From assembly GCF_000020025.1 (NCBI RefSeq), contig NC_010628.1:3630001-3662000 (forward strand): a DNA stretch of 32,000 nucleotides, read 5' to 3'. Origin of the DNA: Nostoc punctiforme PCC 73102. GTDB lineage: Bacteria; Cyanobacteriota; Cyanobacteriia; Cyanobacteriales; Nostocaceae. A model generated the notes under the pieces. The model searched no databases. It was not told the origin of the DNA and was given only the letters and a program-made list of their open reading frames with translations. Position 1 is the first letter of the stretch. Each line of letters starts with the position of its first letter. The position numbers and the translations under genes are program-made. Positions 7,480 through 16,790 of the stretch are shown piece after piece.

Positions 7480-9425
7480 TACAAATTCAATTGAGTTGGG
7501 AAGAACCAGCGACGGGTGAACGGCGAGAACCAAGGTTGAATATGCCGATCGCTTTTGGTCGAGAATTCCCTCGCTTACCTGCCGAACTTAGGGGAATGCG
7601 CGTTTCTCGGATGCTGCTTAACAGTAACGAAGTTTCTCGCTACCACGCCCTAATTGACTGGGAACAAGACCATCTAGTGGTGATTGACCAAGGCAGCGTT
7701 AACGGTGTATATGTCAACGGTAAACCACAAACGCGCAGTGTTTTGGCTAATGGCGATACATTGCAAATTGGCCCATATCTAATCACAGTGAAATTTGGTG
7801 CTAGCGTCTCTGAACCAGATACCAGCCCCCCTTCAACGATTCACTTCAATGCAAATACCAATCTTCCAGACCCCACATTGCCTGTAGCCCAACCGCTAAC
7901 GCCCTTGGCAAGTAATTTCCCGCCACTAGCGTTTCAGGCGGAAAATGTAGCTGTGCAAGCCCTTCATGCTACGGGTCTATCGGTAGATGAATCTGATTAT
8001 CTAGCGATCGGGGCGGGATTGGGTAGCTTTGTTTGGACTGATTTGCTGCGAATTAGCGGTGTGCGTCCTGACAAAATTGTAGCTTTGGGATTGGAGGCGG
8101 AACCTTATGCCCGCTACAAGCGCCTTTGTTTGAATTCGCAAATTCCCTTATATGAGAGACTGCGTTCTAATTCTGACTCTTGCCCTGATAATATTTGGGG
8201 CTGGCCTAGTTATGCCTTGCGCGAGGCTTGGCGTGATTGCAGCAAGGGACAGATAAACTCAGCATTCAAGTATTTGTGGCAAGTGTTTGCTGAACCAACA
8301 TTTGCCGAAACTTATACACCCCGTGCGGGTAATGTTTTTGATTCCATAGACAGGGAAGCGAAGCGGATTGGCTGGAATCAAATTTATCGCTATGGGCGAG
8401 TTAGGGCAATTCGCAAAACTGATGATGGTAGATATTGCGTAGCCTATTCTCGCGCCCCAGGAAATTATGCTTTTTTAGTTACTCGTTATTTACATTTAGC
8501 TACTGGATATCCAGCAATTCAGTTTCTTCCAGATTTGCAAGCTTATAGAGAAAAATATCAAGATTTTAAATCTGTCGTCAATGCTTATGAAGCACACGAT
8601 CATGTTTATGAACAACTAGAGCGACAAGGTGGTACGGTATTGATTCGTGGGCGGGGAATTGTGGCTTCGCGAGTTATTCAGCGCATTTATGAAGCCAGAA
8701 AGCGAAATCGGAATATTGCAGTTTTGCATTTAATGCGATCGCCAAAACCCCAAGGTAACAAATTTCAAAATACCCAGCGCCTAGTCAAAAATCATTACGA
8801 ATTTCAACCCTTTAACTGGCCGAAAGCTTGTTGGGGCGGCGAACTCCGGGCAATGTTAGAAAAAGCACCTCCCGATGAACGCAAGCGTTTACTAGCAGAC
8901 TGGGGTGGAACAACCACTGCCGACCGCCACGACTGGCAGCAAATTACCGCCCAAGGCATCAGCGAAGGCTGGTATCAAATTACCTTCGGTGAGGTTTTGG
9001 ATGTAGAACGAGATGCCCAAAACCGGACTATTACTCATATCCGAGAACAAAGCTTTGGGGAAATAAAATTGCTAGCTGACTTTATTGTTGATGCTACTGG
9101 ACTCGATGCGAAAGTGGATGCCAATCCTCTGATAGCAGATTTAGTAAAACATTACAATCTCCCAGTGAATCATCTGGGGCGATTGACTGTAGCGAACAAT
9201 TTTGAACTAGTAGAAATGCGTAGTGGCAAAGGTCAAATGTATGCTGCTGGCGCTATTACTTTAGGTGGCCCTTATGCCGCCGTTGATAGTTTTTTGGGCT
9301 TGCAATATGCTGCATTAGTCGCCGTTGATGGGCTCGCCGCCACCCGCGCGCCTGGAGTCCATCGTTTGAATACTATAAGTTCCTTTAGGCAGTGGTTGAA
9401 GTGGGTGTTAAATCAGTCACCTTAG
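7467..9425 (+). CDS. FHA domain fused to a two-dinucleotide-binding-domain flavoprotein-like (FAD/NAD(P)-dependent oxidoreductase or N-hydroxylase-like) module
   Basis: N-terminal FHA signature (FGRE...VSRYHALI...GSVNGVYVNG). A Rossmann GxGxxG follows (AIGAGLGSF, nt about 8007-8027), then a second glycine-rich motif (VLIRGRGIVASRVIQRI), and a C-terminal YAAGAITLGGP typical of the end of FAD-binding folds. Confidence 0.75.
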   Translation: MTNDLQIQLSWEEPATGERREPRLNMPIAFGREFPRLPAELRGMRVSRMLLNSNEVSRYHALIDWEQDHLVVIDQGSVNGVYVNGKPQTRSVLANGDTLQIGPYLITVKFGASVSEPDTSPPSTIHFNANTNLPDPTLPVAQPLTPLASNFPPLAFQAENVAVQALHATGLSVDESDYLAIGAGLGSFVWTDLLRISGVRPDKIVALGLEAEPYARYKRLCLNSQIPLYERLRSNSDSCPDNIWGWPSYALREAWRDCSKGQINSAFKYLWQVFAEPTFAETYTPRAGNVFDSIDREAKRIGWNQIYRYGRVRAIRKTDDGRYCVAYSRAPGNYAFLVTRYLHLATGYPAIQFLPDLQAYREKYQDFKSVVNAYEAHDHVYEQLERQGGTVLIRGRGIVASRVIQRIYEARKRNRNIAVLHLMRSPKPQGNKFQNTQRLVKNHYEFQPFNWPKACWGGELRAMLEKAPPDERKRLLADWGGTTTADRHDWQQITAQGISEGWYQITFGEVLDVERDAQNRTITHIREQSFGEIKLLADFIVDATGLDAKVDANPLIADLVKHYNLPVNHLGRLTVANNFELVEMRSGKGQMYAAGAITLGGPYAAVDSFLGLQYAALVAVDGLAATRAPGVHRLNTISSFRQWLKWVLNQSP

Positions 9426-9631
9426 TTTAATAATGCACGAGGCAGGAGAAATACAGTATTTACCTGTTGCAGGTTTTGCTGCTTGAAAATTTCTGAAGGG
9501 AGATAAGAAAAATCCGAAGAAGATTTTGAAACAGTTAGAAGCTAAACTTTATTCTTAGTTAATAAATTAGAATAATTAGGCGATGTCTACAATCCTCTAC
9601 GCCTAAGCATTTTGCCAAACATCAAAATTTT

Positions 9632-9660
9632 AAAACCCGCTTGTGCGGGTTTTGTTTTGT
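9632..9660 (+). terminator. Rho-independent terminator
   Basis: aaaacccgc-ttgt-gcgggtttt followed by gttttgt. Perfect 9-bp stem, 4-nt loop and a T-rich tail. Confidence 0.75.
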
Positions 9661-9936
9661 AGCTGTAATAATATAGATAAATAGCTATTTAACTATATAA
9701 AAATATTACGAAAACTTTACAAATAGGTGAGCTAGTACTTTTATATAAAGTCAACAATTACAAAGAAATATTTCGTTTTTTATATCGATTTGTGTCATAT
9801 AGGCGATAAAATGCCTACTGGGTAAGCGTTTTCTGATAAAAAACAGATATTGCTTAAAAGATCACAAGTTACCTGTGGCTGATGATGCCGCTAGGAACTT
9901 CCTTCAGAGAACACGCATCAAAGGAGCCGAAGAAGC

Positions 9937-12900
9937 ATGTTCACACACGTCAAGTCCACCATTAGACACATTGCGCCTGATAACTTACGCGGACGTAGTT
10001 TAATCAAGGTGGTCTATGTCGTGCTTGAGTCCCAGTACCAGAGCGCATTGTCGCAAGCAGTTCGCACGATTAACGCGAACAATCCCAACTTGGCGATTGA
10101 AATTAGCGGGTACTTGATTGAGGAACTCCGCGACCCCGAAAATTACGAGGAGTTCAAACGAGAAATTGAGAATGCGAATATCTTCATCGCTTCCCTCATT
10201 TTCATCGAAGACTTAGCACAGAAAGTTGTAGCAGCAGTAGAACCACACCGCGATCATCTCGATGTTTCTGTTGTCTTTCCCTCCATGCCAGAGGTAATGC
10301 GCCTGAGTAAAATGGGCAGCTTTTCCTTGGCACAGTTGGGTCAGTCAAAAAGTGCGATCGCGCAATTCATGCGGAAACGCAAAGAAAAATCCGGTGCGGG
10401 ATTCCAAGATGGGATGCTGAAGCTTTTGCGAACCCTACCGCAAGTTCTGAAGTTCCTTCCAATGGACAAGGCACAGGATGCCCGAAATTTCATGCTCAGT
10501 TTTCAGTATTGGCTAGGTGGTTCTCCAGAAAACCTGGAAAACTTCTTGCTGATGCTAGCTGATAAATATGTATTTAAAGGTTTAGAAAAACAGAATTTTG
10601 CACCTTCTACGTATGAACAGCCGGTGGTTTATCCCGATCTAGGGATTTGGCACCCTTTGGCTCCCAATATGTTTGAAGATGTCAGAGAGTACCTCAATTG
10701 GTACACAGCTCGTAAGGATATTTCTAGCGATCTAAAAGATCCTTTAGCTCCTTGTGTCGGGTTAGTGTTGCAACGCACTCACCTAGTTACAGGGGATGAT
10801 GCCCATTATGTAGCAATGGTGCAGGAGTTGGAAGCACTAGGGGCACGGGTATTACCTGTGTTTGCTGGTGGTTTGGATTTCTCCAAGCCTGTGGAAGCCT
10901 ACTTCTATGAACCAAATACCAACACACAGTTGGTAGATGCAGTGATATCGCTGACTGGTTTTGCTTTAGTGGGTGGCCCAGCCAGACAAGACCATCCCAA
11001 GGCAATTGAAGCACTCAAACGCTTAAATCGTCCTTACATGGTGGCGTTACCCTTAGTATTCCAAACCACAGAAGAGTGGATGGATAGCGATTTAGGGTTA
11101 CATCCAATTCAAGTAGCTTTGCAAATTGCGATTCCTGAATTGGATGGGGCAATTGAGCCGATTATATTATCGGGTAGAGATGGAGCTACAGGGAAAGCGA
11201 TCGCACTGCGCGATCGGGTTGAAGCTGTCGCCGAACGCGCTTTAAAATGGGCGAACCTCCGCCGCAAGCCGAAGCTGGATAAAAAAGTCGCCATCACCGT
11301 TTTCAGCTTCCCGCCAGATAAAGGCAACGTGGGAACCGCCGCTTACTTGGATGTATTCGGTTCCATCTACGAGGTGATGAAAGCTCTCAAAAATAACGGC
11401 TACGACTTACCAGAATTGCCAGAATCAGCCGAAGCGTTGATGCAAGAAGTCATCCATGACGCTCAAGCGCAGTACAACAGCCCAGAACTCAACATTGCTT
11501 ACAAAATGTCGGTTCCTGAGTATGAGGCACTTACCCCTTACTCTCAACGCCTAGAGGAAAACTGGGGCCCACCTCCGGGACATCTCAACAGTGACGGGCA
11601 AAACTTGCTGATTTATGGTAAGCAATTCGGTAATGTCTTCATCGGTGTCCAACCCACATTTGGTTACGAAGGCGACCCGATGCGGCTGTTATTCTCCCGT
11701 TCAGCTAGTCCTCACCACGGTTTTGCTGCTTACTACACTTACCTAGAGCAAGTTTGGAAAGCTGATGCTGTACTGCACTTTGGTACACACGGTTCCTTGG
11801 AATTCATGCCAGGTAAACAGATGGGGATGTCTGGTGATTGTTATCCAGATAACTTGATTGGCTCAATTCCTAACCTGTATTACTACGCAGCCAATAATCC
11901 GAGTGAAGCGACAATTGCCAAACGTCGGAGTTATGCCGAAACAATTTCTTACTTGACACCGCCGGCAGAAAATGCTGGTTTGTACAAAGGTTTGAAGGAA
12001 CTCAGCGAATTAATTGCTTCCTACCAAACCTTAAAAGATAGTGGACGAGGTGTTTCCATTGTCAACAGCATCATGGATAAATGCCGGATCGTGAATCTGG
12101 ATAAGGATATTCACCTACCAGAAACCGATGCCAGAGACATGAGTGCCGACGAACGGGATAATATTGTTGGCAACGTCTACCGCAAGTTGATGGAAATTGA
12201 GTCGCGGTTGTTGCCTTGTGGTTTACACGTCATTGGTAAACCGCCAAGTGCAGAAGAAGCGATCGCAACTCTCGTCAACATTGCTAGTCTAGATCGTCAA
12301 GAAGATGGAATTCAAGGCTTGCCGGGAATTATCGCTAACAGCCTTGGACGTAACATTGACGATATTTACCAAAATAACGACAGAGGCATTTTAGAAGATG
12401 TCCAGTTACTCCAAGACATCACCTTGGCAACCCGTGCAGCAGTTACCGCCCTTGTCCAAGAGCAAATCGATGCGGAAGGACGAGTCTCTTTAGTTTCCCG
12501 GTTGAATTTCTTCAACATGGGCAAAAAAGAACCTTGGGTAGAATCATTGCATAAAGCAGGTTATCCCAAAGTCGATAGCGCCGCCCTAAAACCCCTATTT
12601 GAGTATTTGGAATTCTGCCTAGAGCAAGTTTGTGCCGACAACGAACTCGGAGCATTACTCAGAGGCTTGGAAGGTGAATACATCCTACCTGGCCCTGGTG
12701 GCGATCCCATCCGCAACCCGGATGTCTTGCCCACGGGTAAGAATATCCATGCTTTAGATCCGCAATCCATACCCACAACAGCAGCAGTCCAATCAGCCAA
12801 AATCGTCGTAGACAGGCTTTTGGTACGTAACAAGGCAGAAAACGAAGGAAAATGGCCAGAAACCATCGCCTGCGTCCTTTGGGGAACCGATAACATCAAA

Positions 12901-13923
12901 ACTTACGGCGAATCCCTAGCGCAGATTATGTGGATGGTTGGCGTGCGTCCAGTTCCCGATGCCTTGGGACGGGTGAACAAGTTGGAATTGATATCTCTAG
13001 AAGAGTTGGGACGGCCCAGAATTGATGTGGTAATCAACTGTTCTGGTGTATTCCGCGACTTGTTCATCAACCAAATGAACCTGCTAGATCAAGGCGTGAA
13101 GATGGCAGCTGAGGCAGATGAACCCTTAGAAATGAACTTTGTTCGCAAACACGCTTTGCAGCAAGCTGAAGAAATGGGGATTAATCTGCGTCAAGCAGCG
13201 ACGCGCGTTTTCTCCAACGCTTCTGGTTCCTACTCGTCAAATATCAACTTGGCGGTAGAAAACAGCACTTGGGATAGCGAAGCCGAGTTGCAGGAAATGT
13301 ATCTCAATCGGAAATCCTTCTCCTTCAATTCCGATAACCCCGGAATCATGGACGAATCCCGGCAGATTTTTGAAAGTACATTGAAAACTGCTGATGCAAC
13401 TTTCCAAAATCTGGATTCTTCCGAGATTAGCTTAACGGACGTTTCCCACTACTTTGATTCAGATCCCACTAAGTTAGTGGCAAGTCTGCGGGGTGATGGT
13501 AAAAAACCAGCATCTTATATTGCAGATACAACCACAGCTAACGCCCAAGTGCGGACATTATCAGAAACCGTGCGTTTGGATGCGCGTACCAAATTATTAA
13601 ATCCCAAGTGGTACGAGGGGATGCTATCTCACGGTTACGAAGGTGTGCGCGAACTCTCCAAGCGGTTGGTGAATACAACAGGTTGGAGTGCGACAGCCGG
13701 CGCTGTGGATAACTGGATTTATGAGGATACTAACGAAACCTTCATCAAAGATGAAGAAATGCAGAAACGGTTGTTAAACCTTAATCCCCATTCTTTCCGC
13801 AAGATTGTATCAACTTTGTTGGAAGTGAATGGACGCGGTTATTGGGAGACTAGCGAGGATAATTTAGATCGTCTGCGCGAGTTGTACCAAGAGGTTGAAG
13901 ACCGGATTGAAGGGATAGAATAA
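9937..13923 (+). CDS. chlH: Magnesium-protoporphyrin IX chelatase, H subunit
   Basis: 1328-aa ORF starting [35 protein letters not shown]. CobN/Mg-chelatase architecture throughout, and the size is typical for ChlH. Confidence 0.95.
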   Translation: MFTHVKSTIRHIAPDNLRGRSLIKVVYVVLESQYQSALSQAVRTINANNPNLAIEISGYLIEELRDPENYEEFKREIENANIFIASLIFIEDLAQKVVAAVEPHRDHLDVSVVFPSMPEVMRLSKMGSFSLAQLGQSKSAIAQFMRKRKEKSGAGFQDGMLKLLRTLPQVLKFLPMDKAQDARNFMLSFQYWLGGSPENLENFLLMLADKYVFKGLEKQNFAPSTYEQPVVYPDLGIWHPLAPNMFEDVREYLNWYTARKDISSDLKDPLAPCVGLVLQRTHLVTGDDAHYVAMVQELEALGARVLPVFAGGLDFSKPVEAYFYEPNTNTQLVDAVISLTGFALVGGPARQDHPKAIEALKRLNRPYMVALPLVFQTTEEWMDSDLGLHPIQVALQIAIPELDGAIEPIILSGRDGATGKAIALRDRVEAVAERALKWANLRRKPKLDKKVAITVFSFPPDKGNVGTAAYLDVFGSIYEVMKALKNNGYDLPELPESAEALMQEVIHDAQAQYNSPELNIAYKMSVPEYEALTPYSQRLEENWGPPPGHLNSDGQNLLIYGKQFGNVFIGVQPTFGYEGDPMRLLFSRSASPHHGFAAYYTYLEQVWKADAVLHFGTHGSLEFMPGKQMGMSGDCYPDNLIGSIPNLYYYAANNPSEATIAKRRSYAETISYLTPPAENAGLYKGLKELSELIASYQTLKDSGRGVSIVNSIMDKCRIVNLDKDIHLPETDARDMSADERDNIVGNVYRKLMEIESRLLPCGLHVIGKPPSAEEAIATLVNIASLDRQEDGIQGLPGIIANSLGRNIDDIYQNNDRGILEDVQLLQDITLATRAAVTALVQEQIDAEGRVSLVSRLNFFNMGKKEPWVESLHKAGYPKVDSAALKPLFEYLEFCLEQVCADNELGALLRGLEGEYILPGPGGDPIRNPDVLPTGKNIHALDPQSIPTTAAVQSAKIVVDRLLVRNKAENEGKWPETIACVLWGTDNIKTYGESLAQIMWMVGVRPVPDALGRVNKLELISLEELGRPRIDVVINCSGVFRDLFINQMNLLDQGVKMAAEADEPLEMNFVRKHALQQAEEMGINLRQAATRVFSNASGSYSSNINLAVENSTWDSEAELQEMYLNRKSFSFNSDNPGIMDESRQIFESTLKTADATFQNLDSSEISLTDVSHYFDSDPTKLVASLRGDGKKPASYIADTTTANAQVRTLSETVRLDARTKLLNPKWYEGMLSHGYEGVRELSKRLVNTTGWSATAGAVDNWIYEDTNETFIKDEEMQKRLLNLNPHSFRKIVSTLLEVNGRGYWETSEDNLDRLRELYQEVEDRIEGIE

Positions 13924-13928
13924 CCACC

Positions 13929-13962
13929 AAAATAGAGGCGTTTTCTAGAACGTCTCTATTTT
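13929..13962 (+). terminator. Rho-independent (bidirectional-type) terminator after chlH
   Basis: aaaatagaggcgtt-ttctag-aacgtctctatttt. 14-bp stem with one G-T pair, an A-run before and a T-run after, starting 6 nt after the chlH stop. Confidence 0.75.
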
Positions 13963-14002
13963 GCCAACCATTTTTACAGATTACAAAGAATGCGCCTAAA
14001 TG

Positions 14003-14148
14003 AACGTTAGTTCGACAAATCTTTTTTGACCTCTCCCCCAGCCCCTCTCCGACGCGGAGAGGGGAGCAACAAGCCTAATTGTTTCATACTCCTCCCTTTC
14101 CGTTTCGGAGAGGGAGGCTGGGAGGGAGAGGTTCATCGAACTCACGTT
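14003..14148. repeat. MITE-like nested palindromic element
   Basis: Terminal inverted repeats aacgttagttcga (14003) and tcgaactcacgtt (14148). Each arm carries a G/C-rich hairpin: cccctctcc-gacgc-ggagagggg at 14042-14064, and ctccctttccg-ttt-cggagagggag at about 14092-14116. No coding capacity. Confidence 0.65.
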
Positions 14149-14181
14149 AAATGAAAATAATAAATATAATTAGGGGTATGT

Positions 14182-14601
14182 ATGTCTGCTAAAGATGTCT
14201 TTCATCAAGTTGTCAAAATAGCTTTAGAGAAAGACGGTTGGCAAATTACTAACGACCCACTCACAATTAGCGTGGGTGGAGTTAATCTTTCTATTGATTT
14301 AGGCGCAGAAAAGCTGATCGCAGCAGAACGTGAAGGAGAAAAAATTGCAGTCGAAGTCAAAAGTTTTTTAGAGAGGTCGTCTGCTATTTCAGAATTTCAT
14401 ACAGCATTGGGACAGTTTATTAATTATAGAGGTGCATTACGACGGCGACAACCGGAGCGTGTTTTGTATTTAGCAGTACCTTTAACAACTTACAAAACAT
14501 TTTTTCAACTTGATTTCCCTAAAGAGATGATAGCAGAAAATCAAGTAAAAATGCTTATTTATGATGTAGAGCAAGAGGTGATTTTCCAATGGATAAATTA
14601 A
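14182..14601 (+). CDS. xisH: XisH family protein (fdxN-element excision controlling factor-like; endonuclease-like fold family)
   Basis: 139 aa. MSAKDVFHQVVKIALEKDGWQITNDPL...AAEREGEKIAVEVKSF...VIFQWIN matches the XisH family end to end. Confidence 0.85.
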   Translation: MSAKDVFHQVVKIALEKDGWQITNDPLTISVGGVNLSIDLGAEKLIAAEREGEKIAVEVKSFLERSSAISEFHTALGQFINYRGALRRRQPERVLYLAVPLTTYKTFFQLDFPKEMIAENQVKMLIYDVEQEVIFQWIN

Positions 14602-14924
14602 CTCGATATCGCCAGCTTGTACAACAGATATTACATGATTATAGTGAGCAAAAACCAGCTAACGGAAGCATAGAAGTTGAAACAATTTTTGATACAGAAC
14701 GTGACCATTATCAAATAGTTCATGTAGGGTGGGAAGGTCAAGACTGGGTACATAGTTGTATTATTCATATTGATATTAAAGGTGGGAAAATTTGGCTTCA
14801 GTGGAATGGTACAGAAGATGATATTGCAGCTAATTTGGTAGCTGCGGGAGTTCCCAAGGAAGACATTGTGTTAGGTTTTCAGTCTCCTTTTATGAGACAG
14901 TTTACAGAATATGCAGTGAGTTAG
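14589..14924 (+). CDS. xisI: XisI family protein
   Basis: 111 aa. YRQLVQQIL...ETIFDTERDHYQIVHVGW...HIDIKGGKIWLQWNGTEDDIA..LVAAGVPKEDIVLGF is the XisI family pattern. The start overlaps the xisH 3' end by 13 nt. Confidence 0.85.
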   Translation: MDKLTRYRQLVQQILHDYSEQKPANGSIEVETIFDTERDHYQIVHVGWEGQDWVHSCIIHIDIKGGKIWLQWNGTEDDIAANLVAAGVPKEDIVLGFQSPFMRQFTEYAVS

Positions 14925-15052
14925 GAGATGTTTTGAAAATTTCCAAGTACTACTTAATGAATGTTAACCCCAACTCCTGTATTAATATGATATTGATGGG
15001 GTAAACAATGTTAAATGAGGTTAATCAAATTATTAAGTAAGAAGTATTAATT

Positions 15053-15364
15053 ATGGATAATTGGCAAGATATTACTGATGATAGATTAGTAAGACCAATA
15101 CATCCTGGCGAAGTAATTGCAGATATTTTAGATGATTTAGATATTAATACCGCAAATTTTGCAGAAATTTTAGGAGTATCTAATCAAACAATTCAGGAAG
15201 TTATTAATGGTCAAAGGTCAATTACAGTAGATATAGCAATACGTCTTGGTAAAGCTTTAGGAAATGGGCCAAGACTTTGGCTTAATCTTCAGCAAAAAGT
15301 TGATCTTTGGTATGCTTTGCAAAGCCATAAAGAAGAATATGAGCAAGTAATGACATTGGTTTAG
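15053..15364 (+). CDS. HigA/VapI-like XRE-family HTH protein (antitoxin-type), no HigB partner
   Basis: 103 aa. IHPGEVIADILDDLDINTANFAEILGVSNQTIQEVINGQRSITVDIAIRLGKALGNGPRLWLNLQ is the HigA-type addiction-module antidote pattern. Only 128 non-coding nt lie upstream. Confidence 0.8.
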   Translation: MDNWQDITDDRLVRPIHPGEVIADILDDLDINTANFAEILGVSNQTIQEVINGQRSITVDIAIRLGKALGNGPRLWLNLQQKVDLWYALQSHKEEYEQVMTLV

Positions 15365-15496
15365 AATAAATTGTGATTATTTTTTGAATAATTGAAATTT
15401 ACAGAAATTTTCAGTTAGTAGAATAAAATTCAGTAAATATAAGTTTTTTATGTTATGTACTTAGTGTGCATCTAGCAAAGAGAGTAAAGACACTAA

Positions 15497-16057
15497 ATGA
15501 AAATTTTTACCTACGTTGACAATTCTAACCTTTTTATAGAAGGCCGACGGCTATCTGCTGTAAACAAGAGAATTGATGGAGTTGGTAATATCTATGAAGC
15601 AATCAATCTGAAAATATTTGATAACGATTGGTATATGGACTACGGTCGCTTGCATGAATTTTTATGCGGCACAGAAAAGTCAGAGATTGGTGGGACTAGA
15701 CTTTGGGGATCGCCTCCGCCCAAAGATACATTCTGGGATTACGTTAAAAGCAAAGGTTTTAATGTTCAAACCTACGAACGTTCAAAAGGTAAAGAGAAAA
15801 AAGTCGATACTGCGATTGCTTACCAAATTGGAAAAGATTCAGGCAAAATAATCGATAAAGAAAATGACATAATTGTTATTGCAGCAGGTGACAAAGATTA
15901 TATGCCTTGCATTGATGATTTGACGAGTGATGGCTTCAAAGTTCATGTTGCTTTTTGGGGACACGCTGCAAGAGAAGTGCAAGAGGCGGCTACAAAATTT
16001 ATTAATCTCGATCCTCATCAAGATTATTTGAGTGCAATTTGGTGTCGGCCACAATAG
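15497..16057 (+). CDS. NYN-domain (LabA/PIN-like) putative ribonuclease
   Basis: 186 aa. N-terminal MKIFTYVDNSNLFIEG (first acidic motif), KEKKVDTAIAYQIG and IIVIAAGDKDYMPCIDDL..GFKVHV match the conserved acidic-residue layout of NYN domains. Confidence 0.7.
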   Translation: MKIFTYVDNSNLFIEGRRLSAVNKRIDGVGNIYEAINLKIFDNDWYMDYGRLHEFLCGTEKSEIGGTRLWGSPPPKDTFWDYVKSKGFNVQTYERSKGKEKKVDTAIAYQIGKDSGKIIDKENDIIVIAAGDKDYMPCIDDLTSDGFKVHVAFWGHAAREVQEAATKFINLDPHQDYLSAIWCRPQ

Positions 16058-16076
16058 AGACAGCAGCCAATAAGTA

Positions 16077-16298
16077 TCGCTTTATTTTTGAGGATTTCTG
16101 CAAGGCGATCGCACTCCCTCTTTCACAACTGCCCATCGCTTAGTTTTTGAGGTTTTCTGTAAAGCGATCGCTCACTCTTCTACAACAAACAATTGCCTTA
16201 TTTTTGAGGTTTTCTGCAAGGCGATCGCGCTTACTCTTTCACAATAAGCGATCGCATTATTTTTGAGGTTTTCTGTAAGGCGATCGCTCTTTACAATG
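16077..16298. repeat. Four tandem copies of a 57-59 bp HIP1-containing repeat
   Basis: The core TTTTTGAGG starts at 16085, 16144, 16201 and 16260. Unit layout is ..CGC(T/A)TTA-TTTTTGAGGTTTTCTG(C/T)AA(G/A)-GCGATCGC-..CTCTTTCACAA... A fifth solitary core sits at 17202-17210. Confidence 0.9.
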
Positions 16299-16361
16299 TC
16301 ACTCACCAACGGCTTACGTACACTAATCTGAAGTGTAAGGTAGCTGACAAATGCAATAAAT

Positions 16362-16790
16362 CTACTCTGAGGCTACCGATTTAGGGCTGATCTCAAACTG
16401 TAAATGGGAACGGTAGAAACAAACATCAAACTCCATAAAGAAGTTAACTTGCCCCAAAATCAGAGGTACGTTTGTAGCTTTTGTCCATGCAAATACAAGT
16501 TGTACAGGTTCAAATTGCCCAACTACTGCTTGAAGAACCGCGACACGCGCTTCGTATTGAGCTAAATTACCTGTCAAACTCAATGCAGTTGTCTGCTGTT
16601 CCCACACGTACCCAAGCTCAACTCCTACTGAATAAGAAAGCACATTCACGCTTGCTCCAGTATCCAACAGACCGGATGTCATCACAGAACTTTGCTGGTA
16701 GATCAAAGTAAGGGGTAGATAGGGGCGGAAACTGGCTTCGCCCAATGCAACATCAATCGGGATAAAGGAATACCGTTGTGCGTTACGCAT
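16362..16790 (-). CDS. Retropepsin-like (clan AA) aspartic protease family protein
   Basis: 142 aa with the active-site-type motif LLDTGASVNVL, followed by LILGQVNFFMEFDVCF, typical of bacterial single-domain retropepsin-like proteins. Confidence 0.75.
   Translation of the reverse strand: MRNAQRYSFIPIDVALGEASFRPYLPLTLIYQQSSVMTSGLLDTGASVNVLSYSVGVELGYVWEQQTTALSLTGNLAQYEARVAVLQAVVGQFEPVQLVFAWTKATNVPLILGQVNFFMEFDVCFYRSHLQFEISPKSVASE

Noticed and set aside
9661-9936. NtcA-type site (GTA-N8-TAC) or other defined operator in the chlH upstream region
   Set aside because: Only a partial match was seen (tgtaataatatagata lacks the TAC half). That is not enough to call.
14182-14924. Developmentally excised DNA element implied by xisH/xisI
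   Set aside because: The window shows no recombinase gene, no interrupted target gene and no flanking direct repeats of an excision element.
14925-15052. Possible degraded higB toxin gene upstream of the HigA-like gene
   Set aside because: Only 128 nt are available, and none of the frames shows RelE/HigB-like sequence.
16077-16298. CRISPR-like appearance: a conserved part of about 31 bp alternating with segments of about 26-28 bp
   Set aside because: The 'spacers' are homologous to each other (all contain ..CTCTT(T/C).ACAA..), so this is a 57-59 bp tandem repeat. There are only four units, no cas genes and no leader.
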